Source: Vicinamibacterales bacterium
GTDB lineage: Bacteria > Acidobacteriota > Vicinamibacteria > Vicinamibacterales > 2-12-FULL-66-21
NCBI GenBank assembly: GCA_035495555.1
Contig: DATJFQ010000024.1
Location: forward strand, 5,705-69,704
Reading direction: 5' to 3'
DNA: 64,000 bases
A program made the position numbers and the translations under genes. How positions within the stretch are numbered: position 1 is the stretch's first letter; every line of letters begins with the position of its first letter. The notes beneath the pieces are model-generated. The model searched no databases, was not told the DNA's origin, and saw only the letters and a program-made list of their open reading frames with translations. This document shows, in pieces, positions 53,750 through 62,836 of this stretch.

Positions 53750-53961
53750 GCGTTGAATCCCCAATCCCTAATCGCCGATCCTCGGATCCCTGATCCTCAA
53801 ATGCCTGATCCTCGAATCCCTGACCCCGAATCCCCGAACCCCTGATCGCGAATCCGCGCATCCCGAATCGCGGATCCGGCGATGCTGGATGCGGGATTCG
53901 GGATGCGGGATGTGGGATCGGGGATTCGGGGATCGGCGATAAGGGATAAGGGATTCAACGC
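53750..53961. repeat. 212-nt inverted heptamer-array hairpin (C-rich GAATCCC-type arm and complementary G-rich GGGATTC-type arm) closed by a perfect 12-bp clamp
   Basis: GCGTTGAATCCC (53750-53761) and GGGATTCAACGC (53950-53961) are exact reverse complements. The interior units are largely complementary. The right clamp overlaps the xthA stop (53955-53957). Confidence 0.9.
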
Positions 53962-54710
53962 TTTTCCTCGAAGGTCGCAACGACCGGCGCATGGTCGCTG
54001 GTTCCGACATCGCGCTGGACGACGCATGAGCGTACGCGATCGAAGATCGACTGGCTCGCGATGACGTAGTCCAGGCGCCAGCCGATATTGCGCTGCCGCA
54101 TGTTCCGCCACGGCGCCCACCACGTGAACAGGCCGTCATTGTCGGGTTCGAGCGCGCGTCCTGTGTCGACCAGCCCGTGCGACAGCAGTTGCTCGAGGAG
54201 TGCGCGCTCCTCCGGCAACTGTCCGATCGCGCGCGGCTTGCGTTCCTTCGGATGTACGTCCAGGTCCGTTCGCGCGATGTTGATGTCGCCGCAGATGACG
54301 GCCGGGCGGCCCATCTGCTGGAGGTCCGCAGCGAACTGGTCGAAGGCCTCCAGAAACCGCATCTTCGCTGGAAAGTCCTTGCCCCCGTTCGGCACGTATA
54401 CGGATGCGAACGTCGTTCCATCGACGACGGCCGTGACGATGCGGCTTTCGTAATCGAACGACGGGTGCTCGAATGCTGGGCGCTCGGGCGAGAAGCGGCG
54501 GCTGATGTGCAGCGCGACGCCCGAGTACCCCTTGCCGCCGTGCCAGTAGCACCAATAGTCCTGAAGCTCGCAGAGCCACACGGGAAGCTGATCGAGCGCC
54601 GCTTTGGTTTCCTGCAGGCAGATGACGTCAGGCTGTTCGCGGTCGATCCATTCCTGCACCTGCGCCTGCCGAGCGCGAATGCCGTTCACGTTCCACGTGG
54701 CGATCTTCAT
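53955..54710 (-). CDS. xthA: Exodeoxyribonuclease III
   Basis: Start moved to ATG 54710 (MKIATWNVNGIRARQ...PDVICLQETKA). C-terminal DVGTSDHAPVV. ExoIII/APE1-family layout. Confidence 0.9.
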   Translation of the reverse strand: MKIATWNVNGIRARQAQVQEWIDREQPDVICLQETKAALDQLPVWLCELQDYWCYWHGGKGYSGVALHISRRFSPERPAFEHPSFDYESRIVTAVVDGTTFASVYVPNGGKDFPAKMRFLEAFDQFAADLQQMGRPAVICGDINIARTDLDVHPKERKPRAIGQLPEERALLEQLLSHGLVDTGRALEPDNDGLFTWWAPWRNMRQRNIGWRLDYVIASQSIFDRVRSCVVQRDVGTSDHAPVVATFEEKR

Positions 54711-54772
54711 CCATGTCGATCTTACCGCTCCGGATGCCTCGTTGAGTTCGGCAGCCTGAAGCCGCGCAGCGG

Positions 54773-57418
54773 TCAATCATGGCGCAGCGCGAGCGCGGGA
54801 TCGATGCGCAGCGCGCGAATGGCAGGAATGACGTGTGCCGCGACCGCGACCGCAACGAGCGTCAACGCGGCCCCGCCGAACGCTAGAGGATCGAGCGGGC
54901 TGACGCCGAACACGAGCGACCCGAGCAGCCGCGTCGTCAGCACCGCGCCTGCGACGCCGGCAGCGAGCCCCGCCGCGAGCAGCGTAACGCCTTTTGACAG
55001 GAGGAGGCGCAGCACCTCACGTGACGTCGCCCCGAGCGCGAGCCGGAGACCGACCTCGCGCGTGCGCTGTGAGACGCCGTACGCGACGAGCCCGTAAAGG
55101 CCAACCGCCGCCAGCAGCAGGCCGACCGCGGCAAAGCCGGCGAGCAGCCGCATTACGAACAGTCGTTCGCCGATCGCGCCGTTCACCAGCGCCGCGACCG
55201 ACGCGGCCCCGTACACGGGCACCGAGGGGTCGAGCTGACGCACGGCGGCAATTGCCGATGGCGCAAGCGCCGCCGCATCCGACGACGACTTGACGAGCGC
55301 GACAAGAAACGAATCGGTCGATTGCGATTCGGGCATGTAGACGGCCGGAATCGGCGGGGCGGCAAGGTCTTCGTGGCGAACGTCGCCGACGACGCCGACA
55401 ATCGTGCACCAGGGCCCACGGACGGCGCTCCCGATGCGAACGACCGATCCAATCGGATCGGCAGTTCCCCAGACCAGCCGCGCGGTTGATTCCGAAACGA
55501 CCGCAACGGGCTGTGAGGTCTCACCGTCTTCGGCTGTGAAGAACCGCCCGCGTTTCAGCGGAATACTCATGACCGAGAGGTAGGCCGGCGTGGTCCCGTA
55601 GCGCTGGATGCACGGATCGTCCACCGCATTCGGCTTCATGCGACCCTGGACATGGAAACCGCGGCAGTCGAAATCGCCGCCAAATGGAATCTGGTCGGCG
55701 AGCGCCACCGCTGCGACGCCTGGGAGCGCCCGCAGGTGCTCGATCGCCTGCGTCTGATACGCGCGAACCGCCGGATCCTCCGCGTATGTGCGTCCGCCGA
55801 GGATGATTCGCATCGACAGGATCCGGTTGGGGTCGAAGCCTGGATTGACGCGCGCGAGCGACGTGACGGACCGCAGCATGACGGCGGCGCCCGCAAGAAG
55901 CGTCAGCGCGATCGCGAGGTCGGCGACAACGAGGAGCGCGCGCACCCGTCCGGCTCCCGCGGCCGTCGTGCGCGAATCGACGGCGAGTTGGCCGCGGAGG
56001 TCGTCCCGCGATGCCTGGCGTATAGGTGCCAGGGCGACGAGCGCAGCCGCGACGATCACGACTACGCACGCGAAGAGCGCGACGCGCAGGTCGATTCCGA
56101 CCTCGCCGAGCCGCGGCAGCGTCTGCGGCGCCACGGCCGATACCCCACGCATCGCAATCGCCGCGAGCAGCAGCCCGCACGCCCCGCCGATCGCACTGAG
56201 CAGCGCGGTTTCGGTCAATAGCTGCGCCGCGATTCGCCGCCGGCCGGCACCGAGGACGACCCTCAACGCCAACTCGCGCCGCCGCAGCTCCGAGCGTGCA
56301 AGCAGGAGGTTGGCGACGTTCGCGCACGCAATCACGAGGACGCACGCGACCGCGCCCAGCAACAGGAGCAGTTGCGGGCGGGCGCCGGCGGTAATCGCGT
56401 CGCCCAGCGGCACGACGGCAACCGACCCCGGTTCGTACTGTGTCGGATACTGTGCGCGAAGCTGTTCGTGAACCGAGGTCATCTCGGCGGCGGCCGCAGC
56501 CGCCGACACACCGGGACGCAGCCGTCCGAATGCGCGCAGGTGACGGCAATCGCGGCAGCTGTCGCCCACGCCGACCGCGTATCCGAGCGGCGCCCAAATC
56601 TCGGCAGCCGTGTAGTACTTCGCAGAAATCAACGGCGGGAACGATGCCGGCATGACGCCGACCACGCGATACGGCAGGTCGTTCATCACGACCGTGCGCC
56701 CGACAATCGTCGGATCGCCGCCAAACCGCCGCCGCCACAGGCCGTCGCTCAGGACCACCTCGTGCCACGCGTCCGGGCGATCTTCCTCCTGCGTGAACGT
56801 GCGACCGAGAGCGGGGCGGACGCCGAGCATCTCGAAGTACGACCAGGTCACACGTACGCCCGCCAGCCGCTCCGCTTCGCCGTTGACCACGAGGGTTGGC
56901 TGAAAGGACCGCATCACGGCCAGCGATTCAAACGACCGGCTGCGCGCCTCCCAGTCGATGAACGTGGCGTAACCCACGCGTTCCGGATCGCCTGCCCTGG
57001 TCCGTTCGCCCAGCGAGACGAGCCGATCAGGGTCCGCATACGGGAGGGGCCGCAGCAGGACCGCGTCGACAACGGAGAAGATCGCGGTGTTCGCGCCGAT
57101 GCCGATCGCGAGCGTCAGGACCGCGGCGGCCGTGAACCCCGGCGCGCGGCGGAGCATGCGGAGTCCGTAGCGCAGGTCCTGCCGCAGCGCGTCGACAAAC
57201 GGCAGCGATCGCTGATCCCGAACGGCCTCGAGCGCCTGCACTTCGCCTCCCAGCTCGAAGCGCACCGCGCGGCGCGCCTCCTCAGCCGTCAGGCCCCGCC
57301 GCAGATGAAACGCTTCGAGTTCATCGCGATGAGCGGCCAGATCCGCGGCAATTTCCCGGTCCGAACGTCCACGGCCCAGCGCCCCCGCGATTCGCGACGC
57401 CAATTCACGGAGGTTCAT
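54773..57418 (-). CDS. ADOP-family duplicated permease with N-terminal prefix domain (ADOP6)
   Basis: 881 aa. An 80-aa prefix (MNLRELASRIAGALGRGRSDREIAADLAAHRDELEAFHLRRGLTAEEARRAVRFELGGEVQALEAV...) precedes DLRYGLRMLRRAPGF...GIGANTAIFS. Its ATG overlaps the PadR4 stop (ATGA). Confidence 0.9.
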   Translation of the reverse strand: MNLRELASRIAGALGRGRSDREIAADLAAHRDELEAFHLRRGLTAEEARRAVRFELGGEVQALEAVRDQRSLPFVDALRQDLRYGLRMLRRAPGFTAAAVLTLAIGIGANTAIFSVVDAVLLRPLPYADPDRLVSLGERTRAGDPERVGYATFIDWEARSRSFESLAVMRSFQPTLVVNGEAERLAGVRVTWSYFEMLGVRPALGRTFTQEEDRPDAWHEVVLSDGLWRRRFGGDPTIVGRTVVMNDLPYRVVGVMPASFPPLISAKYYTAAEIWAPLGYAVGVGDSCRDCRHLRAFGRLRPGVSAAAAAAEMTSVHEQLRAQYPTQYEPGSVAVVPLGDAITAGARPQLLLLLGAVACVLVIACANVANLLLARSELRRRELALRVVLGAGRRRIAAQLLTETALLSAIGGACGLLLAAIAMRGVSAVAPQTLPRLGEVGIDLRVALFACVVVIVAAALVALAPIRQASRDDLRGQLAVDSRTTAAGAGRVRALLVVADLAIALTLLAGAAVMLRSVTSLARVNPGFDPNRILSMRIILGGRTYAEDPAVRAYQTQAIEHLRALPGVAAVALADQIPFGGDFDCRGFHVQGRMKPNAVDDPCIQRYGTTPAYLSVMSIPLKRGRFFTAEDGETSQPVAVVSESTARLVWGTADPIGSVVRIGSAVRGPWCTIVGVVGDVRHEDLAAPPIPAVYMPESQSTDSFLVALVKSSSDAAALAPSAIAAVRQLDPSVPVYGAASVAALVNGAIGERLFVMRLLAGFAAVGLLLAAVGLYGLVAYGVSQRTREVGLRLALGATSREVLRLLLSKGVTLLAAGLAAGVAGAVLTTRLLGSLVFGVSPLDPLAFGGAALTLVAVAVAAHVIPAIRALRIDPALALRHD

Positions 57419-57765
57419 TGTGCCGGCTCCTCTCCGCGCCCGAGCAGGCGGGCCATGATGGATGCGGTGCGCTGCCAGTCGGCTTCCTCGAGGGCCAGTT
57501 GCTTACGCCCCGCGCGGGTCAGCGAATAGAACCGGGCGCGCCGGTTGTTCTCGGAGGTGCCCCAGGCCGACGCAATCCACCCGCGTTGCTCCAACCGCAA
57601 CAGTGCGGGGTAGAGGGTGCCCTGATTCACGTACAGCGCGTCGTCCGAAACCTGCTGCAGGCGCTGTGCAATCCCATACCCGTGGAGGCTGCCGATCGTC
57701 TCCAGCGTCTTGAGCACCATCAGGTCGAGGGTGCCCTGCATGATGTCCCGTTTCGAGTGAGCCAC
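57415..57765 (-). CDS. PadR-family transcriptional regulator, acidobacterial type (PadR4)
   Basis: GTG start at 57765. IMQGTLDLMVLKTLETIGSLHGYGIAQRLQQ...NQGTLYPALLRLEQRGWIASAWGTSENNRRARFYSLTRAGR is a close paralog of PadR3. Confidence 0.9.
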   Translation of the reverse strand: MAHSKRDIMQGTLDLMVLKTLETIGSLHGYGIAQRLQQVSDDALYVNQGTLYPALLRLEQRGWIASAWGTSENNRRARFYSLTRAGRKQLALEEADWQRTASIMARLLGRGEEPAQ

Positions 57766-57770
57766 ACATA

Positions 57771-57812
57771 CTCCTGTTGAAAAACAAAAGGAGCGTAGCG
57801 GATCTCCTGTTG
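57771..57812. promoter_or_regulatory. CTCCTGTTG boxes in the PadR4/ADOP7 divergent region: CTCCTGTTG-AAAAA-CAAAAGGAG imperfect palindrome plus a second direct CTCCTGTTG copy
   Basis: CTCCTGTTG at 57771-57779 and 57804-57812. Near-complement CAAAAGGAG at 57785-57793. Low-GC patch immediately upstream of PadR4. Confidence 0.4.
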
Positions 57813-57901
57813 GATGTCAAAAGGAATCGCCCGACGGAGGCGGCAGGATATGATCGAACGTCTGCTCGTTCCGTGACGTATCTGTACTGATCGAGGTTCG
57901 A

Positions 57902-60370
57902 ATGGAACGATTCGTCCAGGATTTGAGGTTTGCGGTCCGCGTCCTCCTGAAAGAACGCGGCTTCACGGCCACCGCCCTTCTCACCCTCGCCATCTGCATC
58001 GGCGCCAACGCCGCCATTTTTGCCATCGTCAACGCCGTCCTGCTCGAACCGCTGCCGGTGCCTCATCCTGAGCAGCTCGTTTACATGTACAACTCGTATC
58101 CGGGCGCTGGTGTCGGCGATCGCGGGTCGACCGGCGTCCCGGATTACTACGACCGCCTGCGCGAAACGTCCGTGTTCCAGGAGCAGGCGCTCTACAACAC
58201 CACCGGTGTGACGCTCGGACAGGAGGGCAACCCGCAGCGGGTGACCGCGATGGCCGCGACGCCGTCGATGCTGCGCCTGCTGCAGGTGCAGCCAATCCGC
58301 GGGCGCAGTTTCACCGATCAGGAGGGCGAACTCGGCAACACGAAGAAGGTGATCCTCACGTACGGCACGTGGCAGCAGTCGTTCGGCGGACGCGACGACG
58401 CAATCGGACAGTCATTGCGAGTCAGCGGAGAGCCGTACACGATCGTCGGGGTCCTCCCTCGAGACTTCTCGTTCCTCGACCCCGACATCAGGTTCTGGAT
58501 GCCCCTGGCGTTCACGGCCGAGCAGAAATCGGACGAGGCCCGGCACAGCAACAACTGGTCGTACCTGGGGCGCCTGAAAGCGGGCGCCACCATCGAGCAG
58601 GCACGCCAGCAGATCGACGCGCTCAACGCGCGTAACCTCGATCGCTTCCCGCAGTTGAAACAGATCCTCATCAACGCCGGCTTTCACACCGTCGTCGTCC
58701 CGCTGCAGGCGTATCTCGTGCGGCAGCTTCGCGGCACGTTGTATCTGCTCTGGGGCGGCGTGGCGTTCGTGCTCCTGATCGGCGTCGTCAACATCGCCAA
58801 CCTGACGCTCGTTCGATCCACGGCTCGCATGAAGGAGCTCGCGACGCGCCATGCGCTCGGCGCCGGGCTCGGCCGGCTGGCGCGACAGCTCTTCACCGAA
58901 ACGGTACTGCTGACGCTCGTTGGCGGCGGGGCCGGGCTGCTGCTCGGGTTCGCGGGCGTCCGGGCGCTCGCGCGTTACGGGCTGGCGGAGACCCCGCAGG
59001 GCACCACTGTGGCAATCGACGCACGCGTCATGCTGTTCACTTTCCTGCTCGCGCTGCTCGTCGGCGTCGCGATCGGCCTTGTGCCGGTCTTCGGAGTACG
59101 ACAGACGAACCTGAGTCAGGCATTCCGGGAGGAAGGGCGCAGCGGCACGGCTTCGCGGGGCGCGCGCGTCATGCGCCGCGTGCTCGTGACCGTGCAGGTC
59201 GCCTTTGCTTTCATGCTCCTCATCGGTGCCGGTCTGCTGCTGGCGAGCTTCCGGCAGATTCTCGCGGTCAACCCGGGGTTCCATCCCGATCACGTCTTGA
59301 CGGCTCGCGTGAGCCCACCCGCCACGCGCTACAAGGACGACCCGGCGCTCCGGGCGTTTGCCGATCGGCTGCTCGAGCGTGTCCGCGCGCTGCCCGGTGT
59401 CGAAGCGGCCGCCATCACGAGCAATCTGCCGCTGGGGGACGATCACAGCGACAGCGTGATCCTCGCCGAGGGCTACACCATGAAGCCGGGGGAGTCGCTG
59501 ATTTCGCCATTCCGAACGCGGGTCACGCCGGGATACTTCGCGGCCATGGGTATTCCGGTGAAGGTTGGACGTCCGTTTACCGCCTCCGATACGGACAAAT
59601 CACCGCGCGTCATCATCATCGATGAAAAACTCGCCGCGAAGTTTTTCGGTACGGAAGATCCCGTCGGTCGGCGAATGTGGCAGCCAGACAAACCGGAGGA
59701 ACTGTCCAAAGGGCCGGGACCGAAATCGGACTTCTACACCATCGTCGGGGTCGTCGGCAGTGTCCGCATGCTGGGACTCACCGAGAAGGGGGACGTCGGC
59801 GCGTACTATTTCCCGAACTCTCAGAATACGATGCGCGGGATGACGCTCGTCGTCCGCAGTTCCGTTGAGCCAGATTCGCTCGCCTCATCGATCCGGCGCC
59901 AGGTCTCGTCGCTCGATCCCGAACTGCCGTTGTTCGCCGTTCAATCCATGACGGCGCGGATCGACGAGTCGCTGCTGAACCGCCGCACGCCCATGCTGCT
60001 CGCTGTGCTGTTCGCCGCCATTGCGCTGTTCCTGGCGTCAGTCGGGATTTACGGTGTGCTCGCGTATCAGGTATCGCAGCGCCGCCGCGAGATTGGCATC
60101 CGGCTCGCGCTCGGCAGCGATGGCACGCGAATCTTCCGCCTGGTCGTTCGTGAAGGGCTGGTGCTGCTGGGCGCTGGCGTCGCCGGGGGGCTGGTCGGTG
60201 CGTTCGTCATCCGGCGCGCAGTCGAGTCGCAGTTGTACGGCATCACGGCGCTGGATCCGCGCGTGCTGGTGTCCGTCGCCGTCGTACTCGGGGTCGTCGC
60301 GTTCGTCGCGTGTGCCGTACCGGCACGCCGGGCGGCGCGCATCGATCCGGTCATCGCCCTGACCGAATGA
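57902..60370 (+). CDS. ADOP-family duplicated permease (ADOP7, no prefix, divergent from PadR4)
   Basis: 822 aa. Starts MERFVQDLRFAVRVLLKERGFT...IGANAAIFA. Duplicated FtsX halves. Ends ARRAARIDPVIALTE. Confidence 0.9.
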   Translation: MERFVQDLRFAVRVLLKERGFTATALLTLAICIGANAAIFAIVNAVLLEPLPVPHPEQLVYMYNSYPGAGVGDRGSTGVPDYYDRLRETSVFQEQALYNTTGVTLGQEGNPQRVTAMAATPSMLRLLQVQPIRGRSFTDQEGELGNTKKVILTYGTWQQSFGGRDDAIGQSLRVSGEPYTIVGVLPRDFSFLDPDIRFWMPLAFTAEQKSDEARHSNNWSYLGRLKAGATIEQARQQIDALNARNLDRFPQLKQILINAGFHTVVVPLQAYLVRQLRGTLYLLWGGVAFVLLIGVVNIANLTLVRSTARMKELATRHALGAGLGRLARQLFTETVLLTLVGGGAGLLLGFAGVRALARYGLAETPQGTTVAIDARVMLFTFLLALLVGVAIGLVPVFGVRQTNLSQAFREEGRSGTASRGARVMRRVLVTVQVAFAFMLLIGAGLLLASFRQILAVNPGFHPDHVLTARVSPPATRYKDDPALRAFADRLLERVRALPGVEAAAITSNLPLGDDHSDSVILAEGYTMKPGESLISPFRTRVTPGYFAAMGIPVKVGRPFTASDTDKSPRVIIIDEKLAAKFFGTEDPVGRRMWQPDKPEELSKGPGPKSDFYTIVGVVGSVRMLGLTEKGDVGAYYFPNSQNTMRGMTLVVRSSVEPDSLASSIRRQVSSLDPELPLFAVQSMTARIDESLLNRRTPMLLAVLFAAIALFLASVGIYGVLAYQVSQRRREIGIRLALGSDGTRIFRLVVREGLVLLGAGVAGGLVGAFVIRRAVESQLYGITALDPRVLVSVAVVLGVVAFVACAVPARRAARIDPVIALTE

Positions 60371-60374
60371 CGGC

Positions 60375-60405
60375 AAACAACCGCGTACAGCCCGCGTTGT
60401 TGTTT
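60375..60405 (+). terminator. Candidate intrinsic terminator after ADOP7
   Basis: AAACAACCGCG-tacagcc-CGCGTTGTTGTTT, followed by AATAAA, starting 5 nt after the stop. The stem is imperfect (one bulge) and was folded by eye only. Confidence 0.4.
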
Positions 60406-60416
60406 AATAAAGGCTG

Positions 60417-61115
60417 GTGCTCAGGACGGTTTTCCTCGATGCGGGCGGTGTACTTCTCTACCCCAACTGGTGGCGCGTGGCCGAGGCGCTCGCGCGGGAA
60501 CAAGTCGCGGTTGCACCCGAGGCTCTCGCCGCAGCGGATCCTTATGCGCGGCGCGAACTGGACGACCGCCGCACGATCGGCACGACGACCGACGCCAGCC
60601 GGGGGTGGCTGTTCTTCGATTTGATCCTCGAGCACGCCGGCATCTCCCGGTCCGAGGCGACGGCGGCGGCGCTCGCCGAGCTGCATGCGTACCATACGGC
60701 GAGCAATCTGTGGGAATACGTGCCGAACGACGTGGTGCCGGCGCTCGAAGCGCTCCGCGCGCGCGGGCTTCAGCTCGTTGTCGTGTCCAACGCGAACGGC
60801 ACGCTCCGCGCGCACATGGATCGGCTGAAGCTCACGCCGCTGTTCGACACCATTCTCGACTCGTCGGACGAGGGCGTGGAGAAACCTGACCCGCGCTTCT
60901 TCCGGATCGCGCTCGAGCGCAGCGGTGCGTCACGCGAGTCGACGATCCATGTCGGCGACCTGTATTACGTCGACGTGGTGGGGGCGCGAAACGCCGGTCT
61001 GCGCGGCGTATTGCTCGATGAAGCGAACCTGCGGCCGGACGCGGATTGCCCGCGCGTGCGAAGTCTGGATGATCTCGTGCGGCGGATCTCCGATGGAGAG
61101 TTCGATGCGGACTGA
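60417..61115 (+). CDS. HAD-superfamily hydrolase (subfamily IA-like)
   Basis: GTG start. Motif I variant VFLDAGGVLL, then VVSNANG and HVGDLYYVDVVGARNAG. Substrate not inferable. Confidence 0.7.
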   Translation: MLRTVFLDAGGVLLYPNWWRVAEALAREQVAVAPEALAAADPYARRELDDRRTIGTTTDASRGWLFFDLILEHAGISRSEATAAALAELHAYHTASNLWEYVPNDVVPALEALRARGLQLVVVSNANGTLRAHMDRLKLTPLFDTILDSSDEGVEKPDPRFFRIALERSGASRESTIHVGDLYYVDVVGARNAGLRGVLLDEANLRPDADCPRVRSLDDLVRRISDGEFDAD

Positions 61116-61136
61116 CGTCAGACGCCAAGACCTCCG

Positions 61137-62834
61137 CTACGGTGTCTGCCCCGCCCGCTCGATCTTTGCCCACGAATCCTTCAAGGTCACGGTGCGGTTG
61201 AACACCGGGTGCTCGGGGGTGGAGTCGAGGTCCACGCAGAAATATCCGAGCCGCTCGAACTGAAAGCGGGTGCCGTGCGGCGCTGCCGCTGCTGACGGTT
61301 CTACCTTCGCGTCGCGAATCACCTCGAGCGAGTTCGGGTTGAGATCCGCGCGGTAATCGCCGTCGGCCCCGGGCTGCTCCGTGTTGAACAGCCTGTCGTA
61401 CAGTCTCACTTCCGCCTCGACGGCGTGCGCCGCCGAGACCCAGTGCAGCGTCGCCTTGACCTTCCGTCCATCGGGTGCGTCACCGCCCCGAGTGGCCGGA
61501 TCGCAGCGGCAGTACAACTCGATGACCTCCCCCGTTCGTTCGTCCTTGATCACGCGCGTACACGTGATGAAGTACGCGCAGCGGAGCCGCACCTCCCGTC
61601 CGGGCGCGAGACGGAAGAACTTCTTCGGCGGATCCTCGCGAAAGTCGTCGCGATCGATATAAAGGACGCGCGAGAACCGCACCTTTCGCGTGCCGGCTGA
61701 GGGGTCTTCCGGGTTGTTGACGACGTCGAGTTCTTCGCTTTGCGCTTCCGGATAATTCTCGATGACGACGCGAAGCGGACGAAGGACGGCCATCACCCGC
61801 GGCGCATGCCGGTTCAAGTCCTCGCGCACTGCGTGCTCCAGCAGCGCGACGTCGATCACGTTCTCACGCTTGGCGACGCCGATGCGGTCGCAGAAGGCGC
61901 GGATCGCTTCCGCGGTGTACCCGCGACGCCGCATGCCGACGATCGTCGGCATCCGAGGATCGTCCCAGCCGCTGACAAGGTTGTCTTCGACCAGCTCGAG
62001 CAGCCGCCGCTTGCTCATGACGGTGTAGGTGAGGTTCAACCGCGCGAACTCGATCTGCCGCGGGCGCGACGGCACCGGCAGGTGGTCGATCACCCAGTCG
62101 TACAGCGGCCGGTGGTCTTCGTACTCGAGCGTGCAGAGCGAGTGCGTGACCTGCTCGAGCGCGTCCGACGGAGGATGCGCGAAATCGTACATGGGATAGA
62201 TGCACCATGCATCGCCGGTCCGGTGGTGATGCGCGTGGCGGATGCGATACAGCACCGGGTCGCGCATGTTGATGTTCGGCGACGCCATGTCGATCTTTGC
62301 GCGCAGGACGTGCGCACCGTCCTCGAACTCCCCCGAGCGCATCCGCGCGAACAGATCGAGGTTCTCGTCGACGCTGCGGCGTCGATGCGGGCTCTCGACG
62401 CCTGGCGACGTCAGCGTCCCGCGATTGACGCGTATCTCGTCGGCGGACTGGCTGTCCACGTACGCCAGACCGCTGCGGATGAGATGGACCGCATACGCGT
62501 AGAGCTGTTCGAAGTAGTCCGACGCGAAATGGATCTGCTTCCACTCGAATCCGAGCCAGCGGACGTCGTCTTCGATGGCGTCGACATACTCGACGTCCTC
62601 CTTCGTCGGATTGGTATCGTCGAACCGCAGATTGCAGGTCCCGCCAAATTCCCGTGCGACGCCGAAATCGAGGCAGATGGCTTTGGCGTGACCGATGTGC
62701 AGATACCCGTTCGGCTCCGGCGGAAAGCGGGTGACCACGCGCCCGTCGTTCCGCCCGGCGGCGACGTCCTCGGCGACGATGGCTCGGATGAAGTCGACGG
62801 CCTCGCGATCGGTTCCTGTCGGCGTTGAATCCAT
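61137..62834 (-). CDS. glnS: Glutamine--tRNA ligase
   Basis: Class I HIGH motif ([13 protein letters not shown]), [10 protein letters not shown] (KMSKS-type), full-length GlnRS order including the C-terminal anticodon-binding beta-barrels. Confidence 0.93.
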   Translation of the reverse strand: MDSTPTGTDREAVDFIRAIVAEDVAAGRNDGRVVTRFPPEPNGYLHIGHAKAICLDFGVAREFGGTCNLRFDDTNPTKEDVEYVDAIEDDVRWLGFEWKQIHFASDYFEQLYAYAVHLIRSGLAYVDSQSADEIRVNRGTLTSPGVESPHRRRSVDENLDLFARMRSGEFEDGAHVLRAKIDMASPNINMRDPVLYRIRHAHHHRTGDAWCIYPMYDFAHPPSDALEQVTHSLCTLEYEDHRPLYDWVIDHLPVPSRPRQIEFARLNLTYTVMSKRRLLELVEDNLVSGWDDPRMPTIVGMRRRGYTAEAIRAFCDRIGVAKRENVIDVALLEHAVREDLNRHAPRVMAVLRPLRVVIENYPEAQSEELDVVNNPEDPSAGTRKVRFSRVLYIDRDDFREDPPKKFFRLAPGREVRLRCAYFITCTRVIKDERTGEVIELYCRCDPATRGGDAPDGRKVKATLHWVSAAHAVEAEVRLYDRLFNTEQPGADGDYRADLNPNSLEVIRDAKVEPSAAAAPHGTRFQFERLGYFCVDLDSTPEHPVFNRTVTLKDSWAKIERAGQTP

Positions 62835-62836
62835 GG

